64,000 bases of DNA from Eledone cirrhosa. Lineage: Eukaryota. Of the stretch, positions 36,501-49,933 are shown piece by piece. The stretch's first letter is position 1. Each line of letters begins with the position of its first letter. Location of the stretch: positions 56,172,001 through 56,236,000 of the forward strand of contig OZ024741.1 of assembly GCA_964016885.1 (NCBI GenBank). The letters are read 5' to 3'. The notes under the pieces were generated by a model. It did not search any database and was not told where the DNA came from. It was given only the letters and a program-made list of their open reading frames with translations. The position numbers and the translations under genes are program-made.

Positions 36501-39500
36501 CTTATTGCACCAGAGCACCGGCCACATATAAAATCTATATTCTTAGTTAGCTTACCTGTGATCCCACTACATCTTTTATGTACCCATACTTTGCATTTGG
36601 GACATAAAATGGAGTTTCTACCTACTCCTTTCCTACACACTGAGCATGGCCATTTCCCAGATGGGACCGGTGCCCTATTTTCCTTCCTACAAACTAGAAC
36701 TTTAGTCTTAGACAAGTTAACTTTAAGGCCTTTTGATTCTAGGCCATGCTTCCATGTTTGGAATTTCTTCTCTAGTTCAGCCATTGATTCAGCTATGAGC
36801 ATTAGATCATCTGCATATAGGAGTTCCCATGGGAAGCCGGTCTTGAACTCCTCTGTTATAGCCAAAAGAGCAATAATAAATAGTAGGGGGCTAAAAACGG
36901 AGCCCTGATGAACACCAACTTTTACGCTAAACTCTTCACTATATTCGTTATAATTCTAACCTTGCTGACTGTTTCTTTATACATGGCTTGTATAGCTCTC
37001 ACAAGCCATTCATCAACACCTAGTTTTCTAAGGGCCCACCAGATAATCGAGCGGGGTACTCTGTCAAAGGCTTTCTCCAAGTCAACAAAAGCTAAGTATA
37101 GGGGTTTACTTTAGCTAGGTACTTCTCCTGTAGTTGTCGTACAATGAAAAGAGCGTCTGTTGTACTTTTACTTGACACAAACCCAAACTGCATTTCGTCT
37201 AGATCAATTCGCTCTCTGATTAGTTGCGCTATTACTTTTTCTGTGACCTTCAGGACCTGGTCAATTAATTTAATGCCTCTATAGTTTCCCCTATCTAGGG
37301 CATCACCTTTACCCTTGTAGCAGTTAATGATGATGCTGCTGCGCCAGTCCTTCGGAACGACCCCATTCTGTACGACTTGGTTTTCTATCCGGGTGATCAT
37401 AGTGTGTCCCACCGTTCCAGATGCTTTCAGCATTTCGGCAACTATTTCCGAAGGCCCGGCCGCCTTGCCCATCTTCATGTCTTTGATCGCCTTACTTATT
37501 ATACTACCTTCAACTTGCACTGCTGGTCCCTCTATTGGGTCGATGTGGGGGAGACTGTCTTTCTCCCAATTATTCTCCTCATTTAGTAGCCTTTCGTAGT
37601 GACACTTCCAAACTACCTTCTTAGCGTCAGTGATGGCAAGTACACCATCATCATTAAGGACACACTTCTCTTGACAATTTTCCTTGACACATTGCCTAGC
37701 AATCCTGAACACCTCACGTTTTTGGTCCTCGCGTTGTAGAACATGCTTGAACTTTCTTTCTTCTGCTTCCCTTCTTGCGAAGTACACTTGTCTCCTAGCT
37801 TCCCTCCTGGCCACTTGATAGTCTTCTCTACTTCCCCCATCCCGCCATGCTTTCCAAGCCTGCTTTTTGGCCTTGATTGACCTCTCCACCTTACTATTCC
37901 ACCACCAAGTTACTCTCCTCCTGCCTATAGGCCTGCTCCAGCCACAGATTTCATCTGTCGCCTTCAGCAGGTTAGGTTTCAGGAATTCCCACTGTTCCTC
38001 TATATTGTACGACTAATTGCTCTTCCTTACTATCAAAAGCATCAAGTAATATGCTTTTAAATTTATTACTGGCTGTGGGGTCCTTTAATTTCCATATTTT
38101 TCTCCTGAGGATAGTCCTCTTCTGTTGTCGAATACGTCTCGTCCTGACTATGAGGTCGCTAATTATGAGTATGTTGAGAGGTGCATTCTTCATGGGGGAG
38201 GGATTTAGTGTTTACAACAGACACTCTGTCACGTCTCCTGGTAAGGATATAATCTACCTGGCTTGTGTGTTCCCCCGATCTATAGGTGATCAAGTGATTG
38301 TCTCATTTTTTGAAGTTAGTGTTACAGATAGTTAGGTTATTTGCGTCACAGAATTCCAGGATTCTGGAGCCTTCCTCATTTCTAGTACCAAACCCATAGC
38401 CTCAATGGATTCCATCATAGCCGTCACAATGTTGTCCAACGTGACCATTTAGGTCGCCAGCAATAATTATATAGTCACTGTCGATTATTTGGGAGGTAGT
38501 GAGCATCAGTGTCTCATAGAATCTGTCTTTTATAGTGCCGGGCAGTCCGGATTGGGGTGCGTACTGTCACAGTAGTCCTATTGAGGACAAGTCTTATTTT
38601 AATTATTCTGTCGTTCACTCTATTTACGTCTATTATCTTATCTGCCCACTTTTCTGCTACCATGATTCCTACTCCACCCAGCCCATTGTCATTTCCCACC
38701 CAGAAAAGCTTATAGCATCGTTCTTTACCCACAATGAATCTAGCAGAACCACCCCTCCACCTGGTCTCTTGAATACAACAAACATCGACCTCCTTACGTT
38801 CAAGCATTTCTACAACCTCGTTAGAGCGACCCTTTAAGGTGCCTACATTCATGGTACCAACTCTAAAGTTTTGGATTGCGTTCGGAGGGTGGGAGCGGTG
38901 GGGCGCGGGGAGATGGGATTATGTTAGCCATCCGCGGCCGAAACAAAGAGGAAGAGTCCTTGCATTCTCGTCCATGAGGTGAATTTGTCTTTATCTTTGG
39001 CATTCTCACTGAGTGTCCAGATTTTTTTCTTTTCAAACTCTCCAGAATTCCGTAGTCCATCCATCATATCGAAAGGCAACCAGGTAAGCGATAGCATAGG
39101 CCGCTGACTTATGATTGGCCCACGTAATAATGGTGGTGCGTGGAGGCGGGTGGGAGGGATATTGGGTAGTTAGCGAGAAGGTTAAGGTTTAAATAAGATC
39201 CCCGTATTTTGGGCATAATTTAACAAGCATAAAACAATAATACAAGATTTGTTTTGAAAAATACGCTAGAATTATCGAATAGAAAAGCAAAAATTGGATT
39301 CGGGGAGAAATGATACAGATTGATGAATGGACTAGGGAATTAAAATGGTGAGAAGAGTGAAAAAATATTTGTACGTTACATTACACCATGATAGCAGCCT
39401 ATCCTGAATAGGGTTGGCGATTTTTGAGGTTTCGTACTTGCAGGATTTATTTTATAGTTGGAGAGAGAGGAAGGGATTGGTGGCGAACCAGCATGATATA

Positions 39501-42500
39501 GAGGGGGGGGGGGGGTGAAGATAGGAAGGAGCAGAGGTTAAGAGTTTAAATAAAGTCCTCGTATTTGGGGCATAATTTAGCCAGCATAACAAAATATATA
39601 TAAAATATATAAGAAGATTTGTTTTGAAATATATATATATATATATACACACATTCACATATATAGTCATTTAGGCCATACAACCCTATCTGACTTTAAA
39701 AAGTCCCATCAAACACATACCAGTATGGAAAAGTAAATGTAAAAACTGATGATGATGATGTGTGTGTGTGTGCTGGCAAAAAAGAGATACCCTATGACAG
39801 AAAATGACCAAAGAAGACTGGTGAGATAGGATAACACAAAAGGAAAAAGAATACCAATGTGCTGTGATGTTGATTCATCCAGCATTTGCCTGACGATGAT
39901 AGTGTTGGTGGTGAGGATGGTGGCAATGATAGTAGTGATGACAGGGTTAGTGGTGGAAACAATGATGATGGTATTGGAAGTAATGATGATGGTGGTGGTG
40001 ATGATAGTGGAGAGAGATGGTAGTAGTGGTATTGATGGCAATGATGATGGAGATGGTAGTGGTGGCATTGATGGTGATGATGATGATGGTAATCATGGTG
40101 ATGATAGTGGAGATGGTAGAGGTGGTATTGATGGTGATGATGATGATGGAGAGGTAGTGGTGGCATTGATGGTGATGTTGGCAGAGATGGTAGTGGTGGT
40201 ATTGATGGTGATGATTATGTGAAGCAAAGTACTTACTTATCGCGCGTAAAGACAGCATCGAGGTAGTCACCCCATTGGGCCCAAGCTTTCACTAAGGTGT
40301 CGGACATCTGAACTGCTGCTGAGAATGCTTTGTTGGCATCATCGGAACGGTTGAGCTGTGCCAGAAACATTCCTTTGAGGACATAAAGCTCAGCAGTCAT
40401 CTCTTTAGTGAAATATTTCAGATTTGTTATCTCAATGATGTCCAAACCTTGCGAACACAACTGGATGGTTGGTAGAAAAATAATAAAAATAACGATAATA
40501 ATAATGATTTCTGATTTAGGCACAAGGTCAACAATTTCGGAAGAGGAGAAAGTCAATAAAACTGACCCCAGTGCGTTACTGGTGCTTTATTTTATTGACC
40601 CCATAAGGATGAAAGGCAAAGTTAACCTCGGCAGGATTTGAACTCAGAACGTAAAGAGCCAAAACTATATGCCACAGAGCATGTTGTTCGACGCTCTACT
40701 GATACTGCTAATTTAAATAATAATAATTGAATTTCAAGCATTGTGACAATATTATAAAAATTTTAAATGATTAGCAGCCTAAGCTATGCATATAAAGAAT
40801 TAAAATATAGTGTTTTATTCAAAATTTTCAGTCTTAAAAGACTTTCATCGGTGAAGATTTTTTTTCCCATTGGTTAACAATCAGACAGACCAGAGTTGAA
40901 GTTTGAAAAAGCATAAACTTTAGTTGAAGCCACCCTAAAAGCTGTTAGAAGTTGAAGGAACAGATTATAGATGTTAGAGTATACGTTTCTTTTTCTAAGT
41001 GTGAGATTTCATATTTCAGAACAGTTTTTAGTGTTGATTAACAGTTGAATAAGCCTTAGTTGAGGCAAATCCTCAGTAGATCTTTTCCTTTTCTAAATCA
41101 GTGATGAAACTGACTGTGACAGCAAGTTAGTCAGGATCATGGATTTAACATCCAGGCACGTTATATTTTTCTTTCTTTCATAAGATTTCAGAAGTTGGAA
41201 GATAGAGACTATAAACATATCCCATCCCACCCAATAATAATAATAATCATTATCATCATTTTGTGCCTGCTTTCTATGCTGGCAAGTCTTACATGGATTG
41301 TCATGGTCAGTGATTTGACTGTCTGAGAAACCACTTCTTGCTCATATGTCACATATTTTTCATGATTTCTAAGGTTGGATGCCATTTCTAATGCCAACCA
41401 CATTAGAGTGAACTGGTTGCTTTTATCATGCAACCAGAACTACTATTTTACAGAGTGTACTAGGTTCATTTTCTCATAAAACCAACACCAACAATTTACA
41501 GGGTGTACTGGGTGCATTTTACCATCACACTAGCATTATAATATTTTTAAATAAACAAAAAAAATCTTTAAAAAATAGTAATGGACATACTTCCTGGAGT
41601 TCTGACCGACTCATCGTACAGGCCATTTGTAGATAGCATTTGATCTGCTGCCTTATCTTCTGAAAACAGTCTACAATGGGCACTGTTGGTATTGTGTGGA
41701 TCCTGGAATAGAATAATTTACATATCTGTAATTATATGACTTATAAATTAATTTTATACAATCAAGAGAACCTTTTGTGTCAATACAGGACATAGTATCA
41801 TATAATGTGCACCACCATGCATTTTGGGAGTAAAAACCCAGCGTCCACATACTCCCTCCACAGCACTAATATCAAGAAGTTTTCTTGTGAACGTGACCTG
41901 GACATTACAGTCAGCAGCGATTTGCGTTGGACGAAGCACGTCTCTAAAATTGTCAAGAGGGCCGAGGGTGTCTTAGCATCACTCAGCAAGACCTTTGTCA
42001 GTCGCTCTCCAGCTATCTATTTAAGGCTGTACATGGCTATGGTGCGGCCACACTTAGAATTTGCATCACCAGTCTGGAACCCCTATCTTGCTCAGAACAT
42101 TGACCGTCTGGAAACTGTTCAGAGACGTGCAACCAAGCGAATACCCTCCATCAGGCATCTACCATACTCTGAGCGCCTTGCTTCCCTGGGCATGGATACA
42201 TTGAAGCTCCGACGCCTGGCAATTGACTTGGTAAACACCCACAAAATTGTTAACCATCTTGCCAACAACAACCCTGAGTACCTTTTTGATTTCCATGTGT
42301 CTAACACACGTGGGCATGCCCATAAAGTCAGAAAACAGTACAGTTCCCATGACTTTCGGAAACATTTTTTCACGCTCAGAGTTGCTGAAGCATGGAACAA
42401 ACTACCTGCATCGGTTGTTAGCTGTCGAGACACTGCATCCTTTAAGGCCTCCATGCTTCCCGAGATTCGCCAACACTACACCTAATGTTCCCCCTCCATA

Positions 42501-45500
42501 CACATACACACATGTATATCATGACTCGTACACTATTCACTTCCCTGACATTTGTGTATTATTCTATGTACTATACATGCACCTTTGACGAGTTGTAGTG
42601 CACCTGAGCACTTTACACAATAATTTCATTATTATTATTATGTTCCTTTGAAAATAGAGTGAAATAATTTGAACAAATGCCATTTCAATATCAAATATAC
42701 TGTTATCCACAATTTTAAGAAACATTATCTCAAAACCAAGATGTTTGGGCAGAGATACTGGCAGCAGCATTCTTAAGGATGGATGGCTACACTGGTTCTC
42801 ACCTGACTCACTTCTGGTTCCAGGACATTTTTTAACCACACTCCCAGTAACTGCTTCTGATAGCAGGCTAAATTTAATGAGTGACTGGACACTTTGAGAG
42901 AAGATGGGCACTGCCTAGCACTTCTAAGGCCCATTGTAATGCCATGATGGATAGTCAAACATCTAGAGTAGCACCACAATTAGCTAAATCAATAGCAGGA
43001 ATATGATTGATTGATGACAGTAGAGGTGAAGTGGTATTGATCTGTCTGCATATGGATCAAAACTTCATATCTGCTGCCAGACTTTTTGTTATGTATCTTC
43101 TTTTACTGTTTAGTCAACAAGGGAGCTTCTAAGTGATCAATGAACATACTAGAAACAGCAGCTATATCTCTCCAAATTACACTTGTAATGAGCCTCCATT
43201 GGTTTTGACAAGTGTTCTAATTGTTCGATCAATGGCTCAGACTGCCCAAGAAATTAATGCGTAAGTGGCAGAGCATTACACACTGTGAAAAAGCTGGCCC
43301 TGAGAATTACAGGTACAGTCCATCTGACAGGCTTCCAAACGGTTCCCATCTACCCAATTTCACTCACATGACATGGGCAGATTCCAAGATCCAATGAATT
43401 TAAAGTAGACTTCCTAACCATTCAGCCATTGTATTATATTATTAAAAAGACAGGATGCTCACATCTGGAAAGCCTTTAATAATAGATTTGCTTAGTTAGA
43501 GCTGACCATGTTCTAAACAACAATCACAATTGCTAAGTAAAAAACCATGATCCCACCCATATACAATCTTGGAAAAATAGATGCAGATCATAATTAAATA
43601 ACTCAATACCCACAATATACATTGAGCTATACACACCTATTCAATGAGTCTATACAAACGCTGGTTAAATTATGTTTTCGGGCAATCTTGCCAAAATGGA
43701 TGATAGCAAGAGCAGAATGATGTACTCCCAACATGGAATGGTTGTTGTGTTGCTGAAATAGGTTTGAAAAACAAAATTTAAATGTAACTTTTTGAAATAC
43801 AAAACAAAGCAAGAGGGAAAGCATGCATGTGTGTGTGTTATGTATGTATGTATATATATGTGTGAATGTTTGTGCATGTGTGTGTGTGAATGTATGTATG
43901 TCAGATTCTTCTTCCTGACAGCATAAAACATACTTCACTGTTTGAGTTATTTGTATTACTCTTTGTCAATGGAATAGCCTTTTCTGGATTCTAGTATTTT
44001 ACTATAGTATAAAAAGTGATTAATGTTCCAAATTTTAAAGGACCATTGACAGGGTGCTGTATGGAAATTAGGGATTTGATGAAAGATTTATTGAGTGTAC
44101 ACTAAGAGTGATGAAAGAATATTGAGTGTAAATTGAGGATCAATGAAAAAGTGTTGAGGGTAAAACCAAGGATCAAGGAAAGACTATTATGTAAATTAAG
44201 GATCAAATATGAAAGAATTGTGTATATCAATATCAGTTTGATGAATAAACACATTTCGAGTGAGCTCATATTCAAAGTTACTGCTTCTGAGGTAGGTTGG
44301 AGGACAACATCTCATTCATATGTTCCATGTTTTGCATGGTTTCTATGACATGATGCCAAGAGTGTTTTGTATAACTTGAGGGTGAAATGAAAGAGTAGTG
44401 TAAGTAAATTAGGGGCTCAAATATAAGAAAATGTTGTATAAGGAATGAGGGTGAATTGGAAAAGACTTGTGTGAATTAGGGGCTAAAGAAAAGATAAGGT
44501 TTTAATGTTGTGAATGAAATGTAAAAACAGGGTGCAGGTGGGGGTGAAGAGAAAATATTTACCTCTTGCTGGGTGTGTGTGTCATGGTTAGTTATGATGA
44601 ACTGGTAATGGTGCTGCCTCCAGGTAAAAATGTCACTCCAATGGGACATATTGTCTGAGATCATTGGTAAACGATTCCTGCAACAGTAACAAACACATAT
44701 ATCAGATGGTATTGGTCTGTGTGTGTGTGTATGTGTGGAGATGTGTGCCTGTGTCTATGTGCCTGAGTTTGTATAGAGTCACACACAGGGACAACAAATA
44801 AACATTTACATATATACTAGTCAAAATTAGAAGATACATATTAAAGGTAAAAAGGTAAGAGAGAAAAACACATACTGATTTTCATATACATACACATGAG
44901 ACAGAGACATACACACAAACTAAGTTCCTAGTTGATCCTGACAGAGAGGAGTGAGAGAAAAGGGGTGAAGAGAATCACTTACCGCCAGGTTTTCACAATA
45001 GCTTTCAGATCATGTAAAGATGAACTGCGATTAATGTTGGCTGGTTGGAGACCTTGGTTAATCTGAGCAGCCTCTTGTAACTCCATTATTTGCTGGGCAG
45101 CCTAACAAAAAAGAACCAAAAATAGAGGTAGTTATAATTATCATCATCGTTTGTTTTCTCTGCTAGCAAAGGTTGGTCATGTTATCACAGACTGGCTATT
45201 ATTCAAATATAGCCACTAATCTTCTGATGGGCCAAGGATGTTCCCATGCTCTACCTAGTGCATTTTATCATGGTAGCAGCACTAGGGATGTTGTCATGTT
45301 TATGGCACAACTAAAACGTCCTCTTCATTCTTTGTTTAACAAGTTTTCTATGGCTGGATACCCTTCATATCCCCAACAACATTATAAAGTCTATTGTCCC
45401 TGACATAACTAAAGAGTCCTCAAGACCCTTTTGCCATCGTTTCTACAGCGCATTGCCCTTCCTATTGTCAACCACTTTACAGGGTGTACTGAGTAAGTTT

Positions 45501-48500
45501 ATTTAAATTTTTAATTAATTTATTTTTAGAAGGTTGACGCATCGTACCATTTCTTTAATAGGCACCTGGTTAAAAAGTTTGTTTCACAATTATGTAGTCT
45601 CAGGTTCAATTTCTGTATGATGTGTTGTGCAAGTGTCTTCTACTGCAGCCTTGGGTTAACCAATGCTTTGTGATGGATGACAGAAGCTGTTGGAGGCCTA
45701 TTATAATTGTTAACATCATTGTTTTATATCTTTTTTTCCCCCCATGCTGGCATGGGTTGAACAGGTCGTTACAGACCAAATCAGCATTCAATCAGAGCTA
45801 TTGTCATCTTAAACAGGCTGGCGGTGGGTGAGAGATGTACATGTCTAATTTACATCGTTGAAGAATGGAGCAGAAACTGAGAGAAAAATCTCACTTACCT
45901 GTAGCAGAGGGACGTGAACATTTGAAACAATCCTAGGGAGTCGCCGCCATTCCTTTATTGCCAAATTACTGGCAACTTCAACCATTTTTTCAATCTGTTA
46001 AAATATAAAAGAGAAGGATTGTGAGAGAGAGTGAGGAGGAGTGAGAAAGAAAGAAGTTTTTAAGCAACCATTATTTTTAACATAATAGGACCCTGGTTTA
46101 GGGAAAAAAATGAGAACCGAGTGGAAGTGGCAGGCGCCTCTCTTCAATAATGAATTGAAATCAAATACACACATATATGGTACTTACTGTGTTCATAAAA
46201 TTTCCTGGGTGCTCATCAGGGTGGCAAATGGTGATATAACCTTTATAAAGATTCATCTTCCATGCAAGCTCCTTAGGACAGTTTATCTCCACCTAAAATG
46301 AAACAAGACAAAATAGAAAGTAGGGTTTTTACCTCTCTCATTCCCCTTCCCTTGTCTGACACCCCAGATATTGGTACTTTTTTTTATTGACTTCGAAAGG
46401 ATGAAAGTCAAAGTTGACCATGGCAAATTTTGGACTCAGAACGAATACTGCAGGGAATTCTATCTGACTTTCCAATGGCTCTGCCATTTCATCTTTATAT
46501 ACAGGGTGGCTGGAAAGAAACTACCTATTGAAATTACTTACAGATGTTTGGTCTACTGTGACTACTTAGGACAACATCAATGACCTCGTATTCATGCAAG
46601 ATGGGGCCCCACCTCATTTTGCATGCACTGTCCGTGAGTGGCTCAATGTCCAATTTACAGGATGACTTCTGGGTTGTTGAGATCCACATGAATGGCCAGT
46701 AAGAAACCCTGACTTAATGCTGTGTGATGGAAAAAGTTTATAGCTCAAAACCGAACACACTGATTCAATTGAAGGAACACATCCGCCATGTACTGACCAA
46801 CATACCGCCTGAGTTCCTGATAAAGTTAGTCAATGATATACCCAGATGATTACAAAAACTGGTGGGCAACAATGGTGCCTATGTAGAATGTTAACACTGT
46901 ACTGTACTTCTATCATTATACTGTTCAAAATAAAACGTGTTTTATGAAAATCGATCAATAATTAATAAAGTTAATTTTAAATAGGGAGTTTCTTTCCCCC
47001 CACCCTGTAAATATGTATGTATATTTATATGTAAGAATAACATTAAAAAATGTCATTCTTATTACTGAATCTCCATTGTAACTACAAACTACGAATATAG
47101 AGAGCTTTCTCCTGCTTACTCCTATTTTTACCTAAACAATCTCTACTGAACATATATATATATATATCATCATCACCGTTTTACGTCCGTTCTTCCATGC
47201 TAGTATGGGTTAGACAGGTTGTCCTGCTGTGGGCAGTGTCTGGTCGGCTGACCATGTCTTGCTCATACAGGAACTGATTTTGGCTTGGTTTCTACAGCTG
47301 GATGCCCTTCCTAACACCAACCTCATTTACAGTGAGTGCTGGGTGCTTTTTACCGTGGCGCCTACACGTCCACTTTACAGTGTGGGCTGGGTGCTTTTTT
47401 GCCGTGGCACCTCCATGACCACTTTGCAGTGGGAAGGTGTGGGGGCATATTGTCTATATGCTTCAGCTTGTACCCATGGGTGATTGAGTACTCTGTATTA
47501 CTGCGCGACGCCAGAGGTCACGATCGTGTGTGTGTCATCGCCTTTGAGAGGTGCAACTGGGTAAGGTCGGCCCCTATCACCTCATCCCAGGTCTTCTTGG
47601 GTCTCCCCACTCCGCGGCTTCCATTGACTTCTAGTGCTCTGCACCTTTTTATGCAGCTGTCATCCTTCATACGCATCACATGTCCATAGCAACGCATCCG
47701 CTTCTCCTGCACACAGCATTTGATTCCTCTGATGCTCAGTCTCTCTCTCAATTCATTTATGCTTAGCCGATCGCGTATATTACTATTACACATCCATCGG
47801 AGCATGCAGGCTTCGTTTCTTTCTAATCTACGCAAGTCTTCCACAGACAGCGCCCAGGTCTCACTACCATGTAACATTGCTGTTCGTATACACGCATCAT
47901 ACAGTCTGCCTTTCATTTTGAGGGAGGAGCCTTTTGCAGCTAGCAGTGGCAGTAGTTCCCTAAACTTCTTCCATCCCGTTCTTACCCTAGTTATTGTACT
48001 TTCTGAACACCCACCTCCGCTGCTAATTCGGTCACCTAGGTAGCAGAAGCTGTCTACTGTTTCTACAGAGCCCTCCCAGAGATTGGTGGTACTTGTTTCC
48101 TGTGGCTGTTTGCTGTCCCATCACAGCTGCTACATGTGAAGCCTACATTCTTAATTAAGCTTCCTGAGATCCCACTACATCTCTTGTGTACCCATTGTTT
48201 GCATTTGGGGCAGAGAATGGAGTTCCTACCTACACCTTTCCTACATACTGAGCAAGGCCATTTCCCTGAGGGGATCTGGGTTCTGTTTTCTCGTCTACTT
48301 ACAAGGACCTTAGTCTTTGTCATGTTGACTTTGAGACCCTTTCTTTCTAGTCCCAAGTTTGGAATTTATTCTCTAGTTCTACCATAGATTCAGCTATAAG
48401 TGTGAGGTCATCTGCATACAGGAGTTCCCATGGGCATCCGGTCTTAAACTCCTCCGTTATTGCCTGCAGGACTATGATGAACAGGTGAGGGCTAAGAACA

Positions 48501-49899
48501 GAGCCCTGGTGGACACCAACCTGTACGCTAAATTCCTCGCTATACTCATTGCTAATCCTAACTTTGCTGACTGCTCCCCTATACATGGCTTGTACAGCTT
48601 TCACAAGCCATTCATCTACTCCTAGTTTTCTAAGAACCCACCAGATTATAGCACGTGGAACTCTGTCAAAGGCTTTCTCGAGATTGACGAATGCCAGGTA
48701 GAGTGGCTTACTTTTAGCTAGGTACTTTTCCTGTAACTGCCTCACAAGGAAGAGAGCATCAGTGGTGCCTCTTCCTGGTACAAACCCAAACTGCATCTCA
48801 TCTAGTTTCACCTGGTCCCTAATCAACTGTGCTATAACTCTTTCTGTTACTTTCATGGCCTGGTCCATCAGCTTTATACCTCTATAGTTTCCTCTATCTA
48901 GTGCATCACCTTTACCTTTGTAGCAGTTGACAATGATGCTACTGCACCAATCTTTTGGTATGACACCTTCTAGTATTACCTGGTTAACAATACGTGTGGT
49001 TATAGTGTGACCTACAGACCCAGATGCCTTCAGCATCTCGGCAGCTATACCCGATGGACCGGTTGCCTTCCCCATTTTCATATCTTTGATTGCCTTACTA
49101 TGCTGCTGCTGACTTGTACTGCTGGCCCCTCTATAGGGTCTACTTGGGGTAGGGTCTCTTCTTCCCATGCATTCTCCTCATTTAGTAATCTATCATAATG
49201 GCTCTTCCATGCATCTTTCTTCTCAGCACTTGTGAGGGCAAGCTCACCTTTATCATTCCGGATACACTTCTCTCCAATGACATCACAATTCTCTCTGACA
49301 CACTGCCTCGCAATCTTGAACACCTCCTGTTTCTGGTCCTCATGTTGCAAAACATGCTTGAATTTTCTATCCTCTGCTTCCCTCCTAGCTAAGTATACTT
49401 GTCGCCTAGCTTCCCTCTTGGTCTCTATGTAATGTACCCTGCTTCCCCCATTCTTCCATTCTTTCCATGCCTGTCTCTTGGCCTTAACTACCTCATCTAC
49501 CTTATTGTTCCACCACCAAGTCACTCTCTTCCTGCTTGTGGTATTACTCCAGCCACACATCTCATCCGTCGCCTCTAGTAAGTTATTTTTTAGGAACTCC
49601 CAGTGCTCTTCTACATTGAATGTCTCTATCTGTTCTTCTTTACTGTCATAGGCATTGAGTAAAATATCTTTAAATCTGTTACTGACCGAGGGGTCTTTCA
49701 GCTTCCAGATCTTTCTTCTCCAGGTTCGTCTAGTTCTGACCGTTAGGTCACTGACAACTAAGCAATGTTGGGAGGTACATTCCTCACTAGGGAAGGCTTT
49801 TGTGTTTACGACCGTCCATCTGTCACGTCCTCTGATGAGGATAAAATCTATCTGACTAGAATGCTCCCCTGATCTATAGGTGATCAGGTGGTTGTCGGG

Positions 49900-49933
<34 letters not shown>

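Noticed and set aside
39709-40270. His-rich, Asp/Gly-rich and Thr/Ile-rich ORFs
   Set aside because: Translations of an intronic GAT/GGT triplet array.
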